A DNA stretch of 64,000 nt from Mytilus trossulus (GCF_036588685.1 NC_086375.1:55552001-55616000), one strand, 5' to 3'; shown: positions 14,071 to 27,841, counted from the first letter of the stretch. A program made the numbers and translations. Notes: a model not told the origin generated them from the sequence alone.

Positions 14071-14230
14071 AAGTTTTCCATAGTCAGATTTGGGGTGAAT
14101 TTCAAAGGTTAGAATGGCAAACATTTCCACAGTTTGGAGAAGAATTTTAAAGGTGATATTGGAGGGGAGTTTCAAAGGTTATATTGGAGGGCAGTAACAA
14201 AGGTTAGATTTGTTAAAAATTCAAAAGTTT
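14071..14230. repeat. Degenerate minisatellite, ~25-bp unit (TTTCAAAGGTTAGATTTGGAGGGGA-like)
   Basis: AAAGGTTA/G...TTGG repeated ~6 times. Confidence 0.7.
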
Positions 14231-16486
14231 GGTTTCAAGATGCACACTGACTGATATTTCCTAATTCTTTGAGATGTTTTCCGTGAAATAAAAACAAATG
14301 TGTTAAATTACACACTAGAAAGAAATGTCAATCATCAATGCACCGGATCTTACTCTGAATCAGACTATTTTTACTCGCATATTTTTCCATAGGGTAATCA
14401 TAGTAAACCTGAACTGACATCAACATACTTTTCCATTGTTGAATATTTTTACAGATCTTCGGTTTTATAACGAACTTTTTCAGGAATTGTCCCATACATT
14501 TTAAAGGTCATCGGAAGAATTTAAATGTTATAGACAAATAATTTACTGTACAACTAAAACATTTGCATATGACAGCGAGTGAAAGACCTAAACTGAACAA
14601 ATTTCATATTTGTTTCTTTCTTTGGTCGATTTAAAAAAAATCTTCATCCTGTGGAACTCAAGTTAACAACTGAAACCCTTGTTTCCATATTGATACTTGA
14701 AAACGTTCTATGATGATGGTATTTTTCGTATTTACAGTCGGAATAATTGGCGCGCAAGAATTTTTTTTTTTAATTAATGAAAAATTGGCTGTAGACGTCG
14801 ATGTAAAAAATTATAGGCTACGCAGTCGTAATTTGTAACTTTTCTATGTTTAAATAAATTGCTTCTTTGAAAAAAATGAGATTTCACAAATTGTCGCAAC
14901 TCTATCCGGGCAATCAGTCATCATGTGTAATACTATATACCAAAGCTTGTTCCGAAATGGTAATTGTTTTATTGTTGGTTGCAGCCTTCACTACCAAAAG
15001 ATATAATCAATTGTAAGAATTTTACATTTACTTCATTAAAGACCCATATATTTGCCCATATTTACATGCAAATAACATGTTATCAACATCGTTTCTTTAG
15101 AGAGCTCTTTTGCTTCCTTAAGTTAAATAGGGACGTGTGACTTTTAGATAAAAACTTATTATCAACCCATAATTCTCTGGTATTTTTATAGTGTTTTTCA
15201 GAATAAAAATTCATAAATATAAAAGTAATGGCCGATTTAGTTTCTTGTTTGCTAAAAGCAGTGATTATGAACTCAGCAGGGCCATTCCAAACCAAAACAT
15301 CGCTGAGAAAGAGCACGTGCGGAGAAATAGAAAAGTGTCGTCTGTGACAAGTTTCGCCAGAAATTGTCAGCTCGAGAGTTAATAGGTTTCAAGTATTCTA
15401 GTTAATAATGAGAAAATTAAGACTTTATTGTTTGGCTAAGGGTGACTCTTTACAAACACACAATTGTTATTGTTAAAAGATTTAATTGCAGACAACAGAA
15501 TTACAACATTTTTAATTCTACCATATTTTCCTTACTTTATGAAGATAATCAAAACGAACAGTTCATTTAAGTTTAATTCATTCATTTCTTTATCTATTTT
15601 TTCACAATTAATGACATTTTCCTGCATGAATTCAAACATTTATAACAAAACTCCGAAAAAAAAGTTTTACTTTGTCATTAGTGGAAAAAGAGGGTGTTTA
15701 ATATTTTAGAAAATCTTCTTTCGCTGAACGGTTAAAGCTAATTATAGGTTAAGCGGATTGTTTACAGTTTATAAGAACATGGAATCAAAAGATTCATTTC
15801 GAGAGAAGCTAAGTGTCCAGACAAATGCGAAACTAGGGAGCAGGTGTAGTAACGAGGATTTTGCTTACATTTCCCGTGGAGTACAAATCAAAACATTTAT
15901 AATTGTTTTATCGGAAGTAGATAAGATAGTTGTTTTAACTTCCTGTGTAGCGTGCGTTTAACGAGGTAAATCTGACAAAATGTTTGGTGATCATATCTTT
16001 ACATATTGGTAGTACATGTACACAGTAAGATACTTAATTTATTGAATGTTTACAAATAAAACGTGCATTCTTCTTTTGTTCACTTTAAAATAATGTTGTT
16101 AACCATTTTGGTAGTTGTTGTCCATTCGTTTGATGTGTTTGAAAATTCTTTGAACTTTTGATTTTGCCATTCGATTAGGGACAATTCATTTTGAATAGTA
16201 TTTTTGTGATTTTACTTTTTTATGAAACATTATGTTAGTTGTAATATGAGTTTGCTATATGTTATGTATGTTGATACTCTTTTGATTATAAACATTCACC
16301 AAGACAGTAAGCTAATATATTTTGATACATCAACTTAGATTCAATGCTTCTACTGGTTTTTTTTTACTCTATTATTAAAATACTAGAAAAGATTTGATTT
16401 GTAAAACCATCAAATCTTAACGAAGCATCGATGCATTATTTGAAACGGTGCTTGGCGCAATAATATTTCATAAATCTGGACATTGT

Positions 16487-16712
16487 AAAAAGTAAAATCA
16501 CTAAAATACTGAACTGCGAGGAAAATTCAATCGGAAAGTCCCTATTCACATTGCAAAATCAAATGACAAAACACATCAAACGAATGGACAACAACTGTCA
16601 TATTCCTGACTTGGGACAGGCATTTTCAAATGTAAAAAAACGGTAGATTGAACCTGGTTTTTTTTAGCGCTAAACCTCTCACTTTTACAAATCTCATCAA
16701 ATTCAACGATGT
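16487..16712 (-). mobile_element. Repeat family A copy (degenerate twister-like motif at 16593-16685)
   Basis: Plus strand AAAAGTAAAATCAC...GGAAAGTCCC...AACTGTCATATTCCTGACTTGGGACAGGC...TAAACCTCTCAC. Confidence 0.9.
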
Positions 16713-17015
16713 ATTTTCTTTTCAAAACAGTTTTCAAGATGATAGACAAGTTATTCAAAAACAATTTCAAATATTATCATTGAAGGACAATCAAACGTAT
16801 AAAGAGTCAACTGAAGATTGCATCGTAAGGTGGGTTTTTTGTAGATCTTCTTGCTGGTCATGCTTCGTTGAGATTTGATGATCATATATATCTATGGTCT
16901 TACATATCAACTTATTTCTCGTATAGGGTTCGAAAAAAACTTATAGGTAGTCATGCAATCTAAGTTGTTGTATGTGTATGGTATAAGCTCAATTTCTGGT
17001 CGAATATTGTTTATC

Positions 17016-17750
17016 AAAAAGTTAAATAACGAAAATACTGGAATATTCATAACGGAAAGTCCATAATCAAATGATAAAACACATCAAATGAATGGACAAC
17101 AACTGTCATATTCCTGACTTGGTACAATAACTTTTAAATGTAGAAAATGGTGGATTGGACCTAATTTTATAGTGCTAAACCTCTCACTTGTATGACAGTC
17201 ACATCAAACTCCATTATATTTACAACGATGCGTGAACACAACAGATATAATAGGTAAAATTGTCAAAATATGGGTACAGCAGTCATCAGTCACAATCTCA
17301 AAACAAACAAATATTTAACAAAGAAGCATAAAAAGTATCTATCTTTATCAACCACTTTTATTGCTTCGCGTGTTTGATGTCAGAAAATGTAAACGTCACA
17401 CAGAAAGAAATATAAAATTATTTTGTCGTTCAAAGTGTTTAAAAACAAATAGAATTTCACATGAGGAATGGTTGTATTCAGGGTTAAAAAATCCACATAT
17501 TGTTAATACCACTATACGCGAGTAAAATAATTTTGTCGTTCAAAGTATTTTCAAAATAAGAATAGCATAATAATATAATGGCGGGATCCTAAAAAGTACA
17601 GAGCCACGTCATATTTACCTAAGAAACACAAAAAGTCACGCATACAAAACACACCAGCAAAAATGAAAAACATGCATCGACGGGATGTATAAGTACCGAG
17701 CCACGTCAAATGGATATCACAGAAAACAGACCAAACAGCAAACGTACTAA
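17016..17750 (-). mobile_element. Long repeat family A copy with twister-like motif (17101-17200) and internal repeats upstream of it
   Basis: AACTGTCATA (17101) and TATGACAGTC (17191) form an inverted pair bracketing the core. The GTAC(A/C)GAGCCACGTCA repeats at ~17595 and ~17693 also occur in the 44815 copy. Confidence 0.85.
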
Positions 17751-18463
17751 AGGTTGTATCGTGAGAACATTCACTCACGGTCTTCCTAAATTTGGAAAAA
17801 AAGTAATAGAATATCGGTAAAACGCCGTTTTTAATGGAATACCATTATGGTATGTACCAAAAGACAATGTATTGTAGTGTCTATCTTGGGAAATGCATAC
17901 TAATATATATATACGTGAGGTTAAAATAATTTGAGTTCTCAATCATTTACATTATAATCTCAATTTGTTTTTAAATAACAGGCATGATGGCACAACAAAG
18001 GGTGAACTATAGGATAAATTCAGAAACAGTGATTGAAAGCGCAATTAGTATATACAGATGACAAAAAAAAACCAGCAGAAAGTAACAAAGTAACAAAGGA
18101 ATACAAACAGTATCACATAATATTTACAGTTACTAGGCCATAGAACTGAATCTACTGAAACCGGAAGCGTGTCTCCTTACTCTTAAATATAGAGCCCTGA
18201 CTATTGATAAGGACAGGCTTCTTGAAGATTTGCAAAGAGTTTTTTCATATTTTCTAAATTGGCTTTTTTTTTTTAAATCAAAGTAATTAGTTTTAACGTC
18301 AAGTTGATGTCATTAGGTCATTGACGATCTTGCTCCATATTTATAGTCGCTATTAGTGCAATGAGATTTCGTCTAATGCAACTTATCACCGATCATATTT
18401 CTACTTTAATAACTTGAAGACAAGAAGGTCCAATACATAGCTGGTTCTGTCTGTTCTGTTTGT

Positions 18464-18679
18464 CTCCACATGTGGAGCAGGATCTGCTTACCTTTCCGGA
18501 GCACCTGAGATCACCCCTAGTTTTTGGTGGGGTTCGTGTTGTTTATTGTTTAGTTTTCTATTTTGTGTCATGTGTACATTGTTTGTCTGTTTGTCCTTTT
18601 CATTTTTAGCCATGGCGTTGTCAGTTTGTTTTCGATTTATGAGTTTGACTGTCCCTCTGGTATCTTTCATCCCTCTTTT
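18464..18679 (+). mobile_element. Repeat family C 3' end (3' UTR of a Penelope-like retroelement) with a structured RNA motif
   Basis: CCACATGTGGAGCAGGATCTGCTTACCTTTCCGGAGCACCTGAGATCACCCC...GTCCCTCTGGTATCTTTC; reverse-complement match to 46678-46900. Confidence 0.85.
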
Positions 18680-21014
18680 ATACTCTTGCAATCGTTTTAG
18701 TCTTTGCTATCTCAACTTTTTATTTTCACATATACCTAATTAACGATATTTTATAGAACAGGGTTGACACAAGGGTTCAATTCCTATATCCACTTGTTTA
18801 GCAATATTTTCCCATTCAGCTTTTTTTCTCATCTTTTTCCAAGATCGTTTTGTTTACCCCTTACATCTCACATTCCCAAAAGCGTGTAAACTGGACCCCT
18901 GTTGTGTTCACTTATCGCTATACTTCGGTGCAAAGCTATAGATGGAACGGCGGACCAGTTTACAAAGCGTGTCACCCCTTTATGGAAATAATATGTCAGC
19001 CGTAGTTAATGTCAATTTCCCAAAAAATATATAGAAAGTTTACAATTTAGTTTAATGCTAACCTGTCCTATAGTATTAGAAATTAATTTCATTTGTTTTT
19101 TTGCACTTACAGTATAAGAGAATAACTTCTTACGTATTTCAAGTTCTAAATTCAAATGAAATCAAAGATCACCGAAAAACAAAAATCAATGATTTAATAT
19201 ATAAAAAAAGTTATTTTTATTATTTAAAATTGAAATAACATGACGTATGTGATTTTGTTTGTGATTGGTTGTTATAAATAATTTCCTATTATTGAACCGA
19301 TTACGTGCCATATAGCATGTTAAGGAAAGTGACACATTTTAAAAACCTTCATCTTTCCATATCAAATATACTATTTATTTCATTATTTGACTGTTATGTT
19401 AAATTAAAATATTGTACTGTTATAATTTTTCAATAATATATACTAGCTGTTTTAACTAACATTAGGGAACGGTATAGATAACTTTTATTGGATGCATGTT
19501 GATCGAGTACCATAGATTTCTAAAAAAAATTTAAAAGCATTTCAGGTGCATAAAACATTTATTAATATCGTCATTTAGTTAACTGATATAATGCTATCGT
19601 AGAAATTGTCTCATTTCAAATTTTCACTGTTTCGTTAGTATTTTGCCGGATTTAACATAGTTTTACCAACAAAGTGGAAAAACAACTGTAACTTGTATAC
19701 AAACATAATGTATCATTCAAATTATGTTGATCCCAGTCTTGAAATTTAAGTCATTCTATTCTTGTTTGCATCTTTTTCTCTACGTCGTTTCAAATTGAAT
19801 GAACATTTAGTCCTTATCTGCAAATACGCAAAGATGATCGATTAAGAATAAACACATAAGTTATTATTGGACTGGCTTTCAGACTTTTTTATCCGTTAGA
19901 AGTGCTCCAATTTTGTAATTATTTACTGGCTTTCATTCATTATTTAAAAATAATCATTTATAGTTGCTGTTATAGTAAAAACGTAAAGGATATATAATGG
20001 TTGTCACATTGAAGCAGTTGGAATCCAGTGTCACGCTTCATCGATTTCTGTATTTGACACATTGTTGCTTAAAAAAAGCTGATATTGTGAGGGGCTCGTT
20101 AAGGGCAATCTATTGGAAAAATCATTTCTAAACAATCTACACTGTAATATCTAACTTGTTGCTGATCCACATTCAAGTACCTGCATACACGAAAGTCAAG
20201 TCGTATGTTTTCATTCTTTGATTAGATAAATAAAAGGAAACAATACCACGCCCTGTGTGATACCCAAAACTGTGAAAAATGTCGATACCATATTCATTTA
20301 AGCTTCAATTAAAGATTAATGTGCTTTCTCTGTTGAAAGCAGTCAAGTTTAAAAATCGTTTTCACCTTGTGTCAAAACTCATTCACGGATTTATAAGCAT
20401 ATATTGAAAGCATATTCTATCATCCATCACGGTATGATTTTTTTAATATTTCAATTGCCGCTCTCTGCGTCATGTAGTCTAGAAAACGGATTACGGCCTC
20501 GATTCTAATGAATACAAATAGACCTACCGATAGGAAACTGCGAAACCATACAAAAAACTTACTACGTCTCATTGACACGGCCATAATCGCTTATTCTGAA
20601 ATTATTGTTTTCAAATGTGACTATGTATAAAATTTTCCGGTAGCTCTTATATTTAATTCCTTATACGGCACGAAGTGGTACCCGTTTTAAAATCCAATCA
20701 AAAATGATACCCACCATTAAGCATCAAAAAAGTAAAATTATGATTGATAACCAACACACAACATGCATACTAACTACAACATTCAATACGGGTGTTCGGA
20801 AGTGATAATAATAGTAGAAAAGCAACAGATGAAACGAATTTAAAAGGATTTCAAAACTGGAAATTAGAAAAATAAAAATAAACACAATGATGTTTTATGA
20901 TGATATTAAGTTAATTTTTGTGTCAACCTATTTTCACTACTAAGTGTAATATCTTTCGATTGACATAATTTATAATGAATCATTGTGAATAAGTATATAA
21001 CCACGGACCTAAAA

Positions 21015-21121
21015 CTGTGTACGCAAGGTGCTTGTTTCGTCTAGCAAAGATCATCAAAGGCGCTTTCAAATAGAATGCAAAATCATTCAGCAAGTTAGAA
21101 AGCATTGAAAACTCAAAATTC
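21015..21121 (-). mobile_element. Decayed hammerhead-bearing repeat fragment
   Basis: Minus strand GCGCCT-TTGATGA-TCTTTGCTAGAC-GAAAC-AAGCACC-TTGCGT; flank AGCATTGA...CAAAATTC is shared with 59221. Confidence 0.6.
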
Positions 21122-21129
21122 TGTCAAGC

Positions 21130-21392
21130 TATAGGCTTAGGTTCTCTGTGTTTGGCTGAGGTCCTCTAGCTTTTGGCTAAGGCTGTCAATGTTTTGGTTT
21201 AGGCCTTATATGTTTCGGCTTATGTGCTTTATGTTTTTGCTATTTTGGCTTATGCCCTCCGGCTATGCTTTGGCTTAGGCCCTATATGTTTTAATTTATG
21301 CCCTTTTTGTTTTGGCTTAGACCCTATGGTATTGGATTAGTCCCTCTATATGTTATAGCTAAAGACCTCTCTGTATTGGCTTAGACCCTTTA
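21130..21392. repeat. Degenerate minisatellite, ~21-23-bp unit (ATGTTTTGGCTTAGGCCCTAT-like)
   Basis: TTGGCTTAG/TTGGCTTAT recurring ~11 times. Confidence 0.8.
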
Positions 21393-24300
21393 TATTTGAA
21401 ACACAAAACCAAACTTATTGAAAAATTTCGCATAAAATGGCGTGTCTATATTTTATGTCGTCATAGGAGTGTTGGACACGTGGTACCCTCGGATACAAAA
21501 CGTCCATCCGTAGTGGAATCATGCACTTTCTTGAGTCTTGTCGGACTCCACTATATGACCCTAAATTGTTTGCTATCATAATACGAGTTAATTCCCTTTA
21601 AACAAAATGTTATATGTTTGCTGATAGACTATATTTATCACCCTATTCTTTACCATGAGAAGTAGATGGCATATTATCTTTATCTAGATAATGTATGCAG
21701 TATGTTCGATTTGGATAACAATATCAAGTATGAACGAATCAGACTCAACGGTGTTTAAATGATAGGTTAATAATTCTGCATTAGATGAAAACGCTATATT
21801 TACGCCAACCAAATAGAACATGCAAATTAAGGGAAACAAATGTTGTATTTTTATAGCAAACTAGTTTTCGCTTCTTTTCAATTAAGTGAGTATTCAGTTT
21901 TAATATCAGAATCAATTAATGATGCGGGAATTGACTTATCAATACTTTTTTTCCATAATAAAATGATTATATCAGTTTTTTAATTGTATTGTTTGTTTGC
22001 TGTTTCGTTGACATCCTTCCCAAAGTCGTTTTAATATTAAACATATTTTGATATCTCTATTAATATGTTATACAGTGTTGTATTTATTCAAGACCATATC
22101 ATATTATTAAGGCATGGACGATTTATTCTATCAAAACACAATTTATGATTGATGCTTATTTCTGTGTACACAAATAGCAATTAAATTTACTTTTATGACT
22201 TGTATATCAAGACATTTGCATGTTGGAAGTGTATGAATTTCTCCTTATGCTGATCTAGATCATTAAATTTATACATTTGGAAAAATCAAGTACAATGCAT
22301 GCAGAGAAGCTAAAGCTAGAAAAGCATTGAAGCACATTTTCACCCTGCAGTTAAAAGCTTTATCGCTTTATATTTGATTAACTTACAACAATTGACTCGC
22401 GTTCATCGTTCTTCAACCTTTATCGAAAAGCGCTTGATGTTATGGGGAGAGGAAAATATCTTTTTGAATTATTTGAATGGAAATAATATTGTAACAATTT
22501 TTCATGGCTATTCACTGTAACTAATTTATAAATTCCCGCCCAAGGAAAGCTTACATTGCTTCCTAATTGATGTGGAGATCTTTGTCGTCTAGCTTGTAGG
22601 CATACAGATTACAGTCGGTTTTACAAAAGAAATGAAGAAGCTGATATTTTTTACATTATTTTGGTACTGATGTTCACGCGTCTTTGCTAAACTTTAAGTT
22701 GTCCATTTAGAAAATAAAGAATTGAAAAACAGTTTACCAATAAAAGTACGTGATTAAAGCAAAATGCGGCATATCTATATAAAAGAACTGTTAATGAACC
22801 CGCATGGGAATGGCGCGATTTTAACTATTTAGTTACATGCAAAGAGGCATTGCTGTACTTTCTTTTATCTTTTTATATGCAATATTAACATGTCAACATT
22901 AATATTTTACCAATTTAATGCCTGGGAGAGGAAAGAGGACGATATCATATAATTTTTTTACGACTTTCTCATTTAATTTACGGTAAGTATCTGTCTTAAC
23001 TCTGTCTTTTAAGCGTATAATTGGAGCTGACTTTTCAACGGGATCACGATGTCTTTATTAACCGTGAAACACAAAAAGTTAGCATTCCATGCCGATTTTC
23101 ATGGCGGGAATCTAAGTTTTTCTTGTAATGATACACATCACATCATCACAATTTCCTGCTTTGTTTCCAACAGTTATTACTGAAAATGTATGTAAGAATT
23201 CATTATGATTGACAGTACAGATTGTAGATTTCTATTTTATACTTTTTGCAATATTAATTTTGATTTGTTTTATGTCTTGTTTATAATTTTATTTGCTATA
23301 TTGTATATATATTAGTACTCTATTAATCGACTCTGTAGACAAACTGACCACATAACATATGTTGACAATTTATGATACTTCAAAAACAAATGAAAAGCAC
23401 AGATAAATAACCTGTAAAACGCCATGTAGTTAATTCTGAAAATATATTTGTAGATATATAAAATGATTCTTTTTTGAAAATATCTACTAGTCTTCATGTA
23501 TCAAAATCAAAGATTTTATTTTTAAATGGGAAGAAAAACAAAAAATATTTTTGGCATCATCGGAATTTTTTGTTATCTTATTTTTCATAATTCCTTTCAG
23601 ACCAACACGTACTAAATCTCAAAAAGCTATTGTAATGATAACCAAAAATAAACTATAATAGCAGCATGGACATTCAAGGTGGGACAATTCTCAATTGGTG
23701 ACACAACATATTCTAAAATGCTGCTTTCACTGAAGCAACTGAGAACGGAATCTGGAATCTAATTTTTAAAATAGCTTTGTTATTCGTATGTTTGTCTATT
23801 ATACAACTGGGAAAGCAAACAAACATTAGATAGATATATTTAACTTTTATAAGGAATTTCTTCTGATATTCAACAGGTGATAACTCTTAGGATTTTATCA
23901 ATTCATATTGTAATGTTAAATCATCTTACTTCAATGTGAAGTGTTAAAAGGGCAATGTCTTCAGTTCAGACAAACGATCGGGTTTTTTTTTAATCTGTTT
24001 GTCCTTTTAAAAGAAAAACGCAAAACTATTATATAAATAAACGAAGATTTTGCGTATTTATCACCGAGCCAGCATCCTTACGTTACAAAAAGGAACAAAT
24101 GACAGCTACAGATGTCAACGTACAAAATTTAACACTATGGTTTGAATTAATATACTGATATACTGATTGGAAATCTTCTAAAAATGTAACAATAAAGACT
24201 TGCAACCTATAGTTGTTAATGTTTGTGTCATTTTGGTCTTTTCTGGATAGGTGTCTCATTGGCAATCATACCACATCTTCTTTTTTGTATTGTAACTCAT

Positions 24301-25650
24301 ACCTCATCTTCTTATTTCTAAGACAGCGGAGTTACCCTCAATTCTGACTATTTGGTTACATTATTTCAAAATTGTCTTAAGTTTTGATAATAAACGTTTT
24401 AAAGAAGAAAACAAATCAATTTCTAATAAGGACGGAAATATACTTCATGACCTAGAAGTTAATACATGAGTTTGTAATGCCGATAATTAATAGTATTTTC
24501 ATCTTTAAAATGATGAAAGGTATTCGGTTATATATAGCAAAACCTTATACCACAAAGATGTTCTTATCATTATTTAAGATGGATTCATAGTGGACTAGCA
24601 CGCGCCGTAACTCATTTTTTAACGTTAGTTGTTGATGTTAATCGCCATTTTATCTTATCGTGCAGCCAATCAGCGTGACTTTAATACGACATTATAAATG
24701 ACCCATACGGAACTTTTACGCGCCGTAAGCTTTGATTCAGTGCAAATGAAAATAGTTGACTGAAGCGTTATAAATTTATATTCTTGAAATGGTATACTGC
24801 AAAAGTATGATCTGTAGAAGCAATTATGAGTTTCTTGATGCCGATAAAAGAATGGTCATTAATTATTCATTTTGATTTTTCTGTCCAAATTCTGACTGTA
24901 GGTCTTTTGATGTTTGGTGATCGATTGTGCTGCATAATACTTATTTTCATGTCAGAAGAATTGGAACATTTAAAACTTGATAAAATGACTTGTTTTTGTT
25001 GTAATTGTATATTAGAATTAGGTCTCTGGTTGTATCTACAAAGCTGATGGTATCTCGGGTTTATCAGGGTACAAGGATCCGCTTGAAATACAACTCGGCT
25101 GCGTTCGTCATTAACTTATGATTTGGGATAAATAATATTGATGCAAAATCTTAATTTAATGGAATTTGTTGTCAAAAATGATAAAGTTCCCCTTTGAGAT
25201 ATTGTTTTTCAGCTATGGGTTATGCTATTACAAATTCATCAACACATTGCTTCCACAGTTATTTTCTCAACGTTTACATTTTGTATTTTCGATGCGAGTT
25301 TGATCGCATTTGTCTAAATAAATAACACTATAGTAATACTCCAATAAGTAGTTTTCCTTTCTTCGTACTAGAGTGGCTTATTTTACAAAAATTATGCATG
25401 TTAAGTTTTTACTTTCTTTTATTTTCTCTTTTTTCCATTGCAGATATTGTTTTGATTATATAAAAATGATTAAAGCTTCCCTCGAGCCTATAGTATATTT
25501 CCATCTGCAAATAGAACTTGGAAGATGCAACTGAATAATAACAAAATACTATAGAACAGACATTGTTGGACAATCAAACAATCAAACAATGTCGCATAAT
25601 GATCTCGTGAAAAAGGAAAACCATACATAGGTGTTTTAAGTTCTGTTTAT

Positions 25651-25787
25651 ACCGTAATATATTTACAAGACAGTTTAAGACTTTGTGTTAGACCGCCTGA
25701 TATTTACAAGGTAGTTGAATTACTTTTAAAACCGCCAGATATTTACAAGGCGTTATAAGTACTGATGAAACCGCAAGATATTTCAAC
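25651..25787. repeat. Degenerate tandem repeat, 39-41-bp period (ACCGC.AGATATTTACAAG core), 4 copies
   Basis: Units start at 25651, 25692, 25731 and 25770. Confidence 0.75.
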
Positions 25788-25870
25788 ACTACTATTTAGT
25801 CAGATATCATTGTGTAGACCATACTGTTCAGCATGAAGCTGCGATATATGATATGGAAAATGTGTCTAAC

Positions 25871-25897
25871 CATGGAAGTGTATTTAATACTTCCATG
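25871..25897. mobile_element. Short CATGGAAGT...ACTTCCATG inverted-repeat remnant (putative P-superfamily footprint, degenerate)
   Basis: CATGGAAGTGTATTTAATACTTCCATG; same termini as 31218-31251; flanks GTCTAAC / GTCTCAA match at 5 of 7. Confidence 0.55.
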
Positions 25898-25904
25898 GTC
25901 TCAA

Positions 25905-26035
25905 TGACTGCGAGAGATTATACAAGAAAACATGTGTCGAGCTGACTGCAAGGGATTTGTCATAGAAAGTGGACTGAACTGACTGCAAGTGGGATAACAG
26001 AGAAAATAGTCCGAACTGACTACACAGGGGATAAC
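25905..26035. repeat. Degenerate tandem repeat, ~37-38-bp period (GAACTGACTGCAAG core), 4 copies
   Basis: TGACTGC/TGACTAC recurs at ~25905, 25943, 25980 and 26017. Confidence 0.7.
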
Positions 26036-27088
26036 TAAATGTGCTTAATTGAATGTGACCCTAATAGTACTTACTGTATTAGGATATGCAAAAATACTAC
26101 TATAGAAATAAAAATTGTACACTGATATTAAAGAATAAATATAGTGTTGTTTGTTTTATGTATTATCAAGTTGTAATATATACAAAAAGATAGATAGGAC
26201 ATGCAGATAGAGAGATTTTGATCGTGGTATCTTTGTTATTTTGCTATAAGGATAACTTAAAATAAAAATAAACTAAAAAGCTTTGAAATTAAGAGATGAC
26301 AAAAAATAATCGAAAGAAAAAAAACCAAACTGATGAATATACGAAATTGTCAAGTCATGATATAGAGAGAAAAAACAACCAAAGAATTTTATACTTACCT
26401 TTTTCAGAACTTTACCTTTTTTTTTTTTATCTTAATGAATAACATTAAATATGATATTTAAAAGATTTCAGGAATATATGGGTACTTGATAATGTTAACG
26501 AGTTAATGATCTCTCGCTGTGGAATAAGGTATTATCGTCCAATATCATCCTATATTTCATTATCTCCCGTAGTGATTGTTTTCATCCAGACCCTACTGAA
26601 ATAAGATACTGCAGATCATAATAAAGAAATAAGTGATTGTGTCTCCCCGGGAAGGGTGCGGAGCTGAAGGCTTTAAGCAACTGTAAGGGAAATGTGAAAC
26701 TCAAATCTATTACTTTTTATATTAATGTTTGATTTCCATTATGGTTTTTGAATATGGGTATAATTCATTTTCTGACTTTTTTGGTCTTGCTAATTGTCTG
26801 CGGAACGTCTTAAGCCTCGGGGTTGTCAAGCCCATATCAATTCAATATTGTTTTCTCTATTTATTTAAAGCTTAGATCAGAATATTTTTAGAAAAAAAAA
26901 TATCTTCAGTTTCTCCTTAAGTTTGTTTTTTTGTCATATATTTATGTTACTTTTCTAAATGTGTCAACAATTATAATATACAGGGCTACGAATTGCTCGT
27001 GTTAATTATTGTTCTTGTTCACTTAACCTCCATTTTTGTAGAACAGGGATAATGTACCTTCTTTGTTACAATGTTTTTGCAGTTTAGT

Positions 27089-27196
27089 AAATAAGGCAGT
27101 AGTATACCGCTGTTAAAAACTCATAAATCCATGGACAAAAAACAAAATCGGGGTAACAAACTAAAACCGAGGGAAACGCATTAAATATAAGAGGAT
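27089..27196 (-). mobile_element. Repeat family F 3' fragment
   Basis: AAATAAGGCAGTAGTATACCGCTGTT...AAATCGGGGTAACAAACTAAAAC; homologues at 47345-47432 (opposite strand), 53788 and 62078. Confidence 0.8.
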
Positions 27197-27841
27197 ATTT
27201 AGAATTGTTGTTGCGATATGAGTTTTGGAAATCTCTGTGATCTTGAAGCGATTTGGTATAGATGCTATATACCTAAAGACCATGTGCACACATACAATTT
27301 GTTTTTCTCATCTTCAGTTTACAGTCGATGTCTTTCTGAAAATTTACTTTTGAATAAAAAAAATCAAATCATGATAGATGATGTAAAAAACATAAGTTTT
27401 GTTTTTGTTACATTGGACTTCATTACACAAGACAGCGAAAGGAAACTTATCTCAAGCTGTCGTGATTGTCATTTATGGTAATGGTTGACACAATATCTAA
27501 ACCATGATGAACAATATTGAATAAGTTTTCTTTGATTCTTTGCCGGGGTGCTTATACTTTGAATCACTTGAAATTGATAAGAAAGTATTTAATGCAAATT
27601 TTAAATCTGTTCATTGTATTCGAGATCTGCATTGGCTTCGCTATTTTTTGGTGGGTTTTTTTCATCGAACTTCGTTATGGGTTTTTTTTTTTTTTTTTTT
27701 AATTTTAGTGTTTATTGAAAGGCAAATATAGAAACTCGTTTCAACTGGTAGTAGTAATAACAATCAATTCAGAAACACAGTTTTTGATTTTGGCTGTAAA
27801 CATTTGGAACCCAGCAAATGAACTTGTATATCTTTTAATAC

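Noticed and set aside
25651-26035. CRISPR-like repeat/spacer appearance
   Set aside because: Eukaryotic context, no cas genes, degenerate cores and related spacers; these are decayed minisatellites.
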